Part shown: one piece after another, positions 46,095 through 56,772 of the stretch
How the letters are laid out: each line of letters opens with the position of its first letter
Position numbering within the stretch: the first letter of the stretch is position 1
Assembly: GCA_043228905.1 (NCBI GenBank)
Contig: JBHGNT010000016.1
Coordinates: 4,650,001 to 4,714,000, forward strand
Reading direction: 5' to 3'
Length of the DNA: 64,000 nt
DNA from: Azolla caroliniana
Lineage: Eukaryota > Plantae > Polypodiophyta
Made by a program: the position numbers and the translations under genes
The notes under the pieces: model-generated
Told to the model about the DNA's origin: nothing
The model's input: the letters and a program-made list of their open reading frames with translations, nothing else
The model's database searches: none

Positions 46095-49000
46095 TCAACA
46101 CTCCCCCTCAAGCTCAACCTGAGGTGGGGTCATAGTGTCGACCTCTGTGACAGTCGGTTCTTCCAACCGACTTCTCCTGGCGTCACTCCGCCTTGCTCGC
46201 GCTCCTCGTCCGGTCCGGTCCCATTTGCCGCGACCCCTTTGGTTCTGCGCGCCTCGTCCCTCTCGGTCGGCATGTCTGCTCAATAGGCCCATCTCAGCAC
46301 TCACGTTGCTGTGACTCCGGCGCTTGCCGATCCGTCGGTTCTCCCACGATGGCATCGACTTCCGCTGTGTCCGTGTCCCCTTGGCCTTCAGTCGATCCGA
46401 CTCATCCGGATCCATCTGTTGATCCGGGTCAGCTGTCTCCGACTGGTTCCAGCTCTTGTCCAAATCGGTAAACTCCGATTCGACTTCCGGCTTCAGGCCT
46501 CTCACCACATCGGAACACTTCCGAGTCTTGGCCTTCTCCATGCTTCCCTTAGCATCTTCAGCCGGTGAACCGAAATCGAATTCTTCATTCGACTCCGCAT
46601 CATGGTCAGTACCGTCGTGATGACCTCCGCACAGCATGCACTTCTCTTCCTGAGTGCACCACTCTTCTTCACAGCCGCTTGCTCCGACCTGTTCGGATGT
46701 GTCGACTTCCTTCATCTTCTTGTCTCCTCTTCTTCCGGCTCTCCTCTTACCGACGGGTTCAACAGTTTTTTGTCCTTTGCCCGTTTCGGTAGAGACTTTG
46801 CCCTTGCTTCTCCCCCTCAAGTGCGGCACGTCGAGATGCTGAATACCAAGCATGTCGGTAAAGTGTTGCAACTTGTCCGATCCGAGCGGCTTGGTGAAGA
46901 TGTCGGCAACTTGCCAATCCGTATGAACATACCGTAGGTCAACTTCACCGCGCAAGACCCGCTCACGCACGAAGTGGTAGTGCACCTCGATGTGCTTTGT
47001 GCGAGCATGGAACATAGGGTTCCTGGCGAGCTGCAGGCTGCTCATGTTATCGTAGTAAATCGGGATCGGGGTCGGTACCTCGATCCGCAAGTCTCACAGC
47101 AGTCGCCGAAGCCAGATGGCTTCACAAGTGGCAATGGTGGCGGCCCGGTACTCAGCCTCAGTGCTTGACAAAGCCATTGTGGGTTGCTTCTTGCTGCTCC
47201 ACGCAACGGTCACGCTACCTATGGAGATCATGTATCCGGAAGTGGAGCGGCGATCAGACGCATCGCCGGCCCAATCAGCATTTGTGTAACTGACAAGCTC
47301 TTCGGGTATACCTCGTCGGTATAGCAGTCCCCGGTCCTTAGTGCCGCTGACATACCGTAATATTCGTTGCGTGCACTGAAGGTGCTCCACGGTCGGCTTC
47401 TGCATGATTTGACTTACCATGCCGACCAGATAGTTGATGTCGAGTCGGGTGATGGTTAAGTAGATAAGGCTTCCGACAACCGTTTCTCATTGCATGTGGG
47501 TCTGGAGTTGGGACGAAGCTTCTCGTTCCGGTCCAGCGGTGTGGAGACAGGTCGGCAATCCGTCATGCCGAACTTATACAGCATATTCAACACGTAATGT
47601 CGTTGTGAGAGCAATATGCCGTCGGGGGTCCGGATCACTTCGATCCCAAGAAAATAATGAAGGTCCCCCAGGTCCTTCATTTCGAATGCGTCCGACAACT
47701 GGGACTTGACGCGGTTGATTTCGAGAAGACCCGGTCCGGTGATGACTAAATCATCCACATACAAGAGTATACATACCGGATCGTCAGAGCCTTGCCGGAT
47801 GAACAACGAAGAGTCCGACTTAGAGACAGCAAACCCCAGCTTACGCAACTGGTGCATGATCTTCGTGTTCCAAGCTTGGGGGGCTTGCTTCAAGCCGTAA
47901 AGCGACTTCTTCAGTCGGCATACCGCCGACTTGTTCATCTCCGATTGAAATCCGGGGGTCTTAGTCATAAAGACTTCTTCTTCAAGCTCTCCTTGAAGGA
48001 AGGCGTTCTTCACATCCATCTGGTGAAGATGCCACCCCCTTGCCGCAGCAACCGCCAGTACCACACGAACCGTCATCATCTTCGCCACAGGAGCGAAGGT
48101 CTCGTCGTAGTCGATTTCGTGGGTCTGCGCGTATCCCTTTGCCACTAACCGGGCTTTGTATCAGTTAACAGAACCGTCGGCGTTGTACTTGACCTTGTAC
48201 ACCCACTTGCATCCGATCGGTTTACAGTGACGGGGAGGATCAACTAGGTCCCAAGTTTCGTTGGCATCGAGTGCCCGCATTTCTTCGTCCATAGCGGCAC
48301 GCCAATTTGCGTCCTTTGCCGCTTCTGCATAGCTCTCCGGCTCGCGCACTTCTGTCTCCATAGTCATGTACGCATAATGATGCGCCATGTATTCATTAAA
48401 CCCGTACCGCATGACGAGATCCTTCTAACGGGTTGATCGGCGCAACGCACCGTCACCTGATTTGAGGCCCTTCTTGGCCAGTTCGGTCTTCGTTATCGAA
48501 GATCTGCCTTTCTCCTTTCCGGAGTCGGATACGCACCGATCCGACTCATCATTGCCGGTTTCGAATTCCCGCATCTTCCTCTTCCCCTTCTCTTTGCGCG
48601 TGAACCGTTTCCTCGGTTCCTTGCGCGCGGAGAACACGGCAGAGTCTCCACCACTTGTCGTCTCTTCATCTGACCGGTCCAACCGACTCAGTCGCTCGTT
48701 CGGTCCACTCAACCGTAACGATTCCGGACTCTCATCTTGAGTCCCGGCTTCATCATCCTCTGCCACGGCTGATTCAGGCACACTGGCCTGATCTTTCGGC
48801 ATTGGGTTGGGATCGGAAGTCGGAGTCGGTACGGAGTACTAGGATGCCGATTCATCGAACTGGACATCCCAACTAACACGGACTTCCTTCGTCCGGGGGT
48901 TATAGCACTTCTACCTCTTTTGCTCTTGAGCATAGCCGACTAGGATGCATTTTTCCGATTTTGCATCCAGCTTTCTCCGCTTCTGATCCGGCACATGCAC

Positions 49001-51046
49001 ATACGCTACGCTGCCGAATATCCAAAGGTGTCTTAAGTTCGGCTTGCGTCCGAAATACAACTCGTGAGCTGACACCTTCACAGCAATGTGGTTTTGTATG
49101 TAGACGGCCGTCCGGACCGCCTCTGCCCAATAGAACCGGGGCATGCTCTTCTCCTCCAGCATTGCACTTGCCGCTTCGACGAGTGTCCGGTTCTTCCGTT
49201 CGGCCACACTGTTTTGCTCTAGTGTGTACCTGTAGCTGAACTCTTGCCGAATTCCCTTCTGCTGCAGATAACTAGTGAATTGGCCGGCAAAATATTCCTT
49301 TCCGCCATCCGACCGAAGGCATTTGATCTTCCTCTCCGATTCCCGTTCCACCATCTTATGGAGGCTCCGGAAACAGTCGAAGACTTCGCTCTTCCGCTCA
49401 ATGAGGTAGATCCAAGTATGCCGAGTATAGTCGTCGATGAAGGAGACGAAGTATCGGCTCCCGCCAAGGCTTACACTTTGTGCCGGTCCCCACACATCCG
49501 AATGGATGAGATCGAGCTTGTTACGGCTCCGGTTCCGTTCGGTGGGGAATGGAAGCCGGTGTTGCTTCCCAAGTTGGCAGGCTTCACAAATTTCGGCTCT
49601 CCGGCCGCTAAACTTCGGCAAACCGAAAACGACTTGTTTCGTTTGCAGGTCTTGAAGCCTCCGGTAGTTGACGTGGCCTATCCGCTTGTGCCACAGGTCG
49701 ATGTCCGACTCGATCTTCTGTCGTTTCGCGAACAGAGCGGTGCCAAAGTCATTGGTGTTGAGGATAAACATTCTCCCGTCTCTGCGCCCTTGCGCAATGA
49801 CTTCGCCCTCATCCTCAATGAAGCACCCGAGGTGCGTAAACCGCACCTGCATCCCCTGGTCCACAATCTGACCGACGGACACCAGGTTCTTCGTGATTGT
49901 CGGAACGTGTAATACGTTCATCAGCTTCCCTTTCTGTCCAACGTGGCTTAGAGGGACTTCTCCGACGTGCACGATTGGGTGAGTGTCGTCTCCGGTTTCG
50001 ACTACTCCTGGTTGATCCGGTTTCTCCAGAAAGGAGAACCACTCTTTGTGGCTCGTCATGTGGTTCGACACGCCGGAATCAACATACCACACTTCCTCCG
50101 TTTTGGAAGTGGTCTTCTTCATTGAGTTTGCCTTGTGATTCATCACCAAGGCTGGCCCCTTACCGGCCTTTCCGGTTCCGGATCCTTCTGATCCGTTTGC
50201 GTAGTGCGAGTTTTGCCGGCCATCCTTACCGGTCTTGCCGGATCCGGATTTGTCCGAATCGGCACGCTTTCTCCAGCACTCGCTTTCCCTATGGCCTTTT
50301 TTGCCACAGTACCAGCATTCCGTAGCAGATTTTTCTTGCCGGCCTCCGGCACCGCCTTGACTCCCCCTGCTTGTGGAAGTCCCGGAACTGCTGTCGGCAC
50401 GTTCATAGTGCCTCCGTTCCTGCTCTTGCCGGCCGCCTCCATTGCGTGCCGACCCACCTCTTCCACCACGCCCACGGAACCGATCCGTTCCCGTGTACAA
50501 CATTCGGTTGTCCGGGGATGCACTGGTAGATGCACCGGCGTGGTTCTCCTCTACAAGGAGCATCGACTGTAAGTCGAAGAATGAGGGGGTATTCTCCCTT
50601 GTACACACCGCAGTCCGGAATGCTCCGAACTTGGACGCCAGGCCTCCGAGACATACCTGCACCATCTCGTCTTCCTCTACGGTAACATTGATAGAGGCGA
50701 GCGAGTCGCAGATCTCCTTTATCCGGCCCGTGTAGTCTGCCACGGACATGTTCTTCTGTCGAACATTGCTCAACTCCTGTCTGAGTTGCAGCTTCCGGGC
50801 AGTGGTGCTTGCGGCGAAAACCTTTTTCAGGTTCCCCCAAGCATCCTTCGGTGTCTTGGCGTCATGGATGTGGCTGAGCAGCTGATCGCCGACAATGGAC
50901 GCAAAGCAGTACATTACCCTGCTTGCCGCCTGTTCCCATACTTGGAAGTCCTTGTGTGCCGAGTCGGGCGCCGCATCATTCGCTCCTTCGACATAACTCC
51001 AGTACATGTGTCCAAGTAGGTACTGGTGCATCTTGTAAGACCAGGA
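46095..51046 (-). pseudogene. copia F gag-pol (few stops), with long C-terminal extension after RNase H
   Basis: CWYCGKKGHRESEC, WYVDSGVSNHM, IHSDVWGP, QMDVKNAFLQG, YVDD, HARTKHIEV, then about 240 further codons up to the LTR. Confidence 0.92.
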
Positions 51047-51514
51047 TGTTGAAAAACCAGTGCTCGGCCACAACCGAGGAATAGGATCAACTTTCAGAAA
51101 ACAGGAAATACAAAATGCACGAAGTACAATAGAGAGAAGAGTACACAGTATGTTTTTCGTGGAAAACCCTAAATGGAAAAAACCACGTGAGTCCTCAAAC
51201 TCCAACTCACACTATACACAGAGATGTACAATGGTGAAGCTACAAGGCAACAACCTTGAGCTCACTGTCTTCGCCACAAGCGGTGGCAATACACAGAGGC
51301 GTCGACCTCTTCCTTTCTTACTCTCTCTCTCGCGGCTGCTCTCACTTCGCTCTCTCAGCTAGAACATAAAAAAATGAGCAACAACATAAAACTGTTTGCC
51401 CTAAGTCATATTTATACACATATGACTTTCGGGCTATTTACAAATATAGCCTCAAGGGCCCTTGGCAAACATATTCACAAATATGTCCCCGCATCCGGAT
51501 CTCTCTCCGGGTAC

Positions 51515-51690
51515 ATACATCATCCGGCTCTGTAGCCGGGTCTTCATCATCCGGCTCCGTAGCCGGGTCTTCGTCATCCGGCTCCGTAGCCGGGGTCTAC
51601 ATCATCCGGCTCCGTAGCCGGGTACTCTTCATCCGGCTTCATGCCGGGTACTCTTCATCCTCCGGTTCCGTAACCGCAACCGGGCTTGCC
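51515..51690. repeat. ~24-25-bp tandem repeats in U3 of the I LTR (also ~56320-56495)
   Basis: About six CATCCGGCTCCGTAGCCGGGT-like units, each with a CCGGCT..AGCCGG palindrome. Confidence 0.88.
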
Positions 51691-51747
51691 GTCATTCATC
51701 TCCGGACATCCCATCCGGAGGGACCGATATCCCAACAAACTCCCCCT

Positions 51748-54700
51748 TCACTTCGGCATGGGATGTCTCTCCAATCCGATCCTCTTCCGGCATGCTTCCA
51801 GCTTGTCGGGTGTGAGCACTTTGGTCAGCATATCTGAGCCGTTTTCGTCCGTGTGGATCTTCGTCAGCACGAACTCCTGGTCTTCTATCCTTTCCCGGAT
51901 CCAGTGATATCTTCGCTGGATGTGCTTCGTCCGGGAGTGATAGGCTGCGTTCTTCGCAAGGTGGATGGCACTCTGACTATCGCAGTAGAGTCGGTACTCC
52001 TCCTGCCGGATACCGAGCTCTCTAATGAAGTCCTTCATCCATATCATTTCCTTGCCGGCTTCAACAGCCGCCATGTACTCCGCCTCCGTGGTTGACAACG
52101 CAACCGTCTTCTGCAGCCTCGACTGCCACGAAACAGCTCCCCCTGCATACGTCATCACATACCCTGATGTGGACCGGCTGGTATCTGCATCAGCCGACAT
52201 ATCCGAATCGGTAAAGCCGTCGAGTTCGGGCTTACCGGAGCCGAATCGGAGGCACACGTTTGCCGTGCCCTTCAGGTATCGGAGTATCCACTTGACCGCG
52301 TTCCAGTGCTCTTTTCCGGGATTGCTCATGTACCGGCTCACCACTCCGACTGCATATCCTATGTCCGGTCTTGTACACACCATTGCGTACATCAAGCTTC
52401 CGACGGCAGAGGCATATGGTACCTTCATCATGTCCTCCTTCTCAGCCTTTGTCTTGGGGCTTTGCTTGCTGGACAGCTTGCAGTTTGCCGGGAGTGTTGA
52501 CCCCACCGGTCTTGCTTCCGACATGTTGAACCGGTGAAGCACCTTTGTCACGTACTTCTCCTGTGACAACCACAACTGCTTCTTCTTCCGGTCCCGGATG
52601 ATGTGCATCCCTAGTATTTGCCTCGCCGGACCCAGGTCCTTCATTGAGAAGGTTCGGTGAAGTGCTTTCTTCAACATCCGTATCTTGCCCTGGTCCCGTC
52701 CGACGATCAACATGTCGTCCACGTAGAGGAGGAGTATTAGAAAGTCTCCTCCTTCGAACTTCTTCACAAACACGCAGTGATCGGTCTGCGTTTTGTGGTA
52801 CCCTTCGTCTGTCATGAAGGAGTCGAACTTCCGGTACCATTGCCGGGGAGCCTGCTTCAGACCGTAGAGGCTCTTCTTCAACCGGCACACCAGGTGCTCC
52901 TTTCCTTTCTTCTCAAATCCTTCCGGTTGCTGCATGTAGATCTCTTCTTCGAGGTCACCGTGAAGGAATGCCGTCTTCACGTCCATCTGTTCTACCTCGA
53001 GGTCCATGCTTGCCGCTATGCTCAGCACCGTCCGGATGGAGGTCATCTTCACTACCGGGGCAAATATCTCGTCGAAGTCGACGCCCTTCTTCTGCTGGAA
53101 CCCCTTTACCACGATCCTGGCTTTGTATCTCGGGGGGTTTCCGGCATCTCCCGGTTTCAGCTTGAACACCCACTTGTTTCGAAGTGCCCGCTTTCCTTTC
53201 GGCAACTCCACAAGTTCATATGTGTGGTTCTCATGCAGGGAATCCATCTCCTCCTGCATGGCACTTAACCACCTGCGGCTATGTGTGTCAAGCTCTGCTT
53301 CTTCAAAATTCTCCGGCTCCCCCTCATCGGTTAGCAGCACGTGCTCTGGTTCCGGAAATCTCCGGGGGGCCCTTCTCTCTCTTAGAGGATATCTTCGTTC
53401 CGGAGCTTCGGTAACCGGTTCTTCCGATTCTTCTTCATCCGAATCCATTTCGGGATCGGGGCCGGTTCCGGTATCATTTTCATCTTCTTCGGCCGGTTCT
53501 GTTTCTTCACCGTCTTCGGCCGGATCCTCGAGTGCTAACCGGTCTCTTGCCGGTCGGGACTGCTCCTTGTAGAGTTGATCCTCACCGGTCGACTTGGAGC
53601 TCTTCATCTTCTTCTCCGACTCCCAGTCGGCGAGTGTCTTGTCCTCCATGAAGATGATATCTCGACTCCTGAATATCTTCTTGTCGACCGGGTCCCATAC
53701 TCGGTAGCCGAACTCGTCGTTGCCGTAACCGAGGAATATGCATGGCCGGGTCTTTGGATCTAGCTTTCCTCTCCGGTCCTTTGCCACATGCACATATGCG
53801 AGACACCCGAACACCTTCAGATGCCGGTAGGATACTTCCCTACCGGTCCACACTCTTTGCGGCGTGTCTCCATCCAAAGGTACTGAGGGTGATCTGTTTA
53901 TCACGTATGTCGCCGTCGACATTGCCTCAGCCCAAAACCCCTTGGGTAATTCCGCATGCGCCAGCATACTCCGGACCCTCTCCATTATGGTCCGGTTCAT
54001 CCTCTCGGCCAGCCCGTTCAGTTCCGGCGTCTTCGGCACAGTAAACTCGAGCCGGATTCCCTTCGAGCGACAGTACTCCTCGAACTGCCCCCGGTATTCC
54101 CCTCCGTTATCCGCTCGTACCGCTTTCAGCTTCTTGCCGGATTCCCTTTCCACTCTCGCGTGGAGTTCTTTGAAGACGGACAATACTTGGTCCTTTGTCT
54201 TCAACGGTGCCGTCCACAGCTTCCGGCTGTGATCATCTATGAATGTTACGAAGTACTGGGCTCCGCCATGTGACTTCGTTTCTACTTGACACACGTCAGT
54301 ATGCACCAGCTCCAATGGTGCAATACGTCTCGTCGGTGGCCTTGAGTGGAAGGAGGCCCGGTTTTGCTTACCGGCCAGGCAGTCGGTGCACTTCTCCAGG
54401 TGCACATGCTTCACTGGAATAAGGTTGTCTTCTGCAAGCCTCTTCATCCCCTTCTCACTCATGTGGCACAGCCTCTTGTGCCACAGCTCACCGGCAGTGT
54501 CGGCTGCCACATTCAACTCCTCCGGACATAGCCGGGAATTCATCAGGTACAGTGTGTTGACCTTCCGGGCCCGAGCCACTATCAGGCTCCCCTTGCTGAA
54601 CTTCATGACACCGTTCCGGATGCTACCCGTGTAACCTTCATCATCTAGCCTCCCGGCCGAGATCAGGTTCAATCGGACCTCCGGAACGTGTCGCACATCC

Positions 54701-55821
54701 TTCAGCAGCATCTTGCATCCGGTTGATGTCATCAGCCACACGTCTCCTATGCCGGCAATCCGGCATGTTCCTTCATTTCCCATCCGGACACAGCCGTGCT
54801 CACCGGCTGTGTAGGATGAGAAGTATTTCTTCTCCGGGGTCAGGTGGAACGACGCTCCGGAATCGACCACCCAGGTCATCTCTTCACCGGCAAGGTTCAG
54901 CTCTGTCTCTTCGGTAATGAGCATTATCTCTTCCTCACTTGCCGCGAGTGCTGTCGTTCCTTTCCGGTCCTGCCCTCGCCGATCCGGACCTCTCCGGTCC
55001 GTGGCTCCCCGGTATGCACCGTTTCTCTCCGGTGACTTCTTCGAATCGGTGTCGTCGGCTCCGTTGTCCTTTCGGTAATGCCGACAATTCTTCCGGAAGT
55101 GCCCCGGCTTCCCACAGTGGAAGCATGTAGGCCTTCCTCTTGACTGCGACCGGGTCCCCGACTTCTCCCGTCTTTGCGGACTCCGGTTCCATTGTCTTCC
55201 CCGTTCCGATTCGGTAAGCAGCGCCTTCGAGTCGGAGGCCGGTTCTTTGTCTCTCCGACGCGCTTCTTCATTCAAAATACTTGTCTTTACCGTTTGTAAG
55301 GACAAGTTATCTTCGGTGCACGAGGTGCTGAGAGTCACCACCAAGTTCTCCCAGCTTTCCGGCAATGTACACATCAGGATGATGGCTTGCATTGCATCCT
55401 CCAACGGGAACTTAATCGCCGCAAGCTGGTTCACGAATCCCATGAACGTGCTTACGTGTTCGACCATGCTCTCGCCGTCCCGGTACTTAAGATTCACTAT
55501 CTTCCTCATCAGGGAGGTCCGGGTCAGAGCATTCTTCCTCTCATACAGTCCGGACAGCTTCCGCCACATCTCGTAGGCGTTCGTATCGTTCGCCACATGT
55601 TGCAGGACACTTACATCGACATATTGCCGGATCGTCGCTACGGCTTTCCGGTTCAGGAGCTTCCACTCCGACTCTATTACCCCCTTGGGTATCTCGGCAT
55701 TGTCGATCGGTTCGTACAGGTCTCGGACGATGAGAAGGTCTTCCATCTTTATCTTCCAGTCGGCGTAGTTCTGTGAGTTCAACACCATCATGCCCGGAGG
55801 CCCACTACCGCCGCCTTCCAT
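51748..55821 (-). CDS. gag-pol: complete copia gag-pol polyprotein (1357 aa from ATG 55821)
   Basis: Uninterrupted: CFHCGKPGHFRKNC, WVVDSGASFH, LVHTDVC, QMDVKTAFLHG, YVDD, DSDM, HSRTKHI. Confidence 0.97.
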   Translation of the reverse strand: MEGGGSGPPGMMVLNSQNYADWKIKMEDLLIVRDLYEPIDNAEIPKGVIESEWKLLNRKAVATIRQYVDVSVLQHVANDTNAYEMWRKLSGLYERKNALTRTSLMRKIVNLKYRDGESMVEHVSTFMGFVNQLAAIKFPLEDAMQAIILMCTLPESWENLVVTLSTSCTEDNLSLQTVKTSILNEEARRRDKEPASDSKALLTESERGRQWNRSPQRREKSGTRSQSRGRPTCFHCGKPGHFRKNCRHYRKDNGADDTDSKKSPERNGAYRGATDRRGPDRRGQDRKGTTALAASEEEIMLITEETELNLAGEEMTWVVDSGASFHLTPEKKYFSSYTAGEHGCVRMGNEGTCRIAGIGDVWLMTSTGCKMLLKDVRHVPEVRLNLISAGRLDDEGYTGSIRNGVMKFSKGSLIVARARKVNTLYLMNSRLCPEELNVAADTAGELWHKRLCHMSEKGMKRLAEDNLIPVKHVHLEKCTDCLAGKQNRASFHSRPPTRRIAPLELVHTDVCQVETKSHGGAQYFVTFIDDHSRKLWTAPLKTKDQVLSVFKELHARVERESGKKLKAVRADNGGEYRGQFEEYCRSKGIRLEFTVPKTPELNGLAERMNRTIMERVRSMLAHAELPKGFWAEAMSTATYVINRSPSVPLDGDTPQRVWTGREVSYRHLKVFGCLAYVHVAKDRRGKLDPKTRPCIFLGYGNDEFGYRVWDPVDKKIFRSRDIIFMEDKTLADWESEKKMKSSKSTGEDQLYKEQSRPARDRLALEDPAEDGEETEPAEEDENDTGTGPDPEMDSDEEESEEPVTEAPERRYPLRERRAPRRFPEPEHVLLTDEGEPENFEEAELDTHSRRWLSAMQEEMDSLHENHTYELVELPKGKRALRNKWVFKLKPGDAGNPPRYKARIVVKGFQQKKGVDFDEIFAPVVKMTSIRTVLSIAASMDLEVEQMDVKTAFLHGDLEEEIYMQQPEGFEKKGKEHLVCRLKKSLYGLKQAPRQWYRKFDSFMTDEGYHKTQTDHCVFVKKFEGGDFLILLLYVDDMLIVGRDQGKIRMLKKALHRTFSMKDLGPARQILGMHIIRDRKKKQLWLSQEKYVTKVLHRFNMSEARPVGSTLPANCKLSSKQSPKTKAEKEDMMKVPYASAVGSLMYAMVCTRPDIGYAVGVVSRYMSNPGKEHWNAVKWILRYLKGTANVCLRFGSGKPELDGFTDSDMSADADTSRSTSGYVMTYAGGAVSWQSRLQKTVALSTTEAEYMAAVEAGKEMIWMKDFIRELGIRQEEYRLYCDSQSAIHLAKNAAYHSRTKHIQRRYHWIRERIEDQEFVLTKIHTDENGSDMLTKVLTPDKLEACRKRIGLERHPMPK

Positions 55822-56741
55822 TTTCTGTGTTACCGTCGCTCTGATACCAATTTGTTGAAAAACCAGTGCTCGGCCACAACCGAGGAATAGGATCAACTTT
55901 CAGAAAACAGGAAATACAAAATGCACGAAGTACAATAGAGAGAAGAGTACACAGTATGTTTTTCGTGGAAAACCCTAAATGGAAAAAACCACGTGAGTCC
56001 TCAAACTCCAACTCACACTATACACAGAGATGTACAATGGTGAAGCTACAAGGCAACAACCTTGAGCTCACTGTCTTCGCCACAAGCGGCGGCAATACAC
56101 AGAGGCGTCGACCTCTTCCTTTCTTACTCTCTCTCTCGCGGCTGCTCTCACTTCGCTCTCTCAGCTAGAACATAAAAAAATGAGCAACAACATAAAACTG
56201 TTTGCCCTAAGTCATATTTATACACATATGACTTTCGGGCTATTTACAAATATAGCCTCAAGGGCCCTTGGCAAACATATTCACAAATATGTCCCCGCAT
56301 CCGGATCTCTCTCCGGGTACATACATCATCCGGCTCTGTAGCCGGGTCTTCATCATCCGGCTCCGTAGCCGGGTCTTCGTCATCCGGCTCCGTAGCCGGG
56401 GTCTACATCATCCGGCTCCGTAGCCGGGTACTCTTCATCCGGCTTCATGCCGGGTACTCTTCATCCTCCGGTTCCGTAACCGCAACCGGGCTTGCCGTCA
56501 TTCATCTCCGGACATCCCATCCGGAGGGACCGATATCCCAACACAGGATGCGTAGTTGCTCCTGTCGAGTTTCTCCACCGGGAGCGACGTAGCCATGCCT
56601 CTATCCATGTCTTCTACTGTGTTTGTTTTTGACCTGTTAGGGTTTTCTTCTCAAGAGTAAATGTCTGCAGCAGAGGTTCTCAACCCTCGCGCTCGGATAC
56701 CATGTAAACGTAAGTGTTTGCGGAAGCGTAAAACAGAGAAC

Positions 56742-56772
<31 letters not shown>

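Larger units (their letters stand above)
51047..56543 (-). mobile_element. intact Ty1/copia element I (Tnt1/Tork-like), very recent insertion
   Basis: 691-bp LTRs 51047-51737 and 55853-56543 with one substitution found. TSD CAGGA. PBS TGGTATCAGAGC 55849-55838. PPT ~51740-51753. Confidence 0.98.

Noticed and set aside
55822-55896. N-terminal 25 aa of the 1382-aa ORF
   Set aside because: Starts at a non-ATG codon inside the LTR/PBS. The real start is more plausibly ATG 55821.
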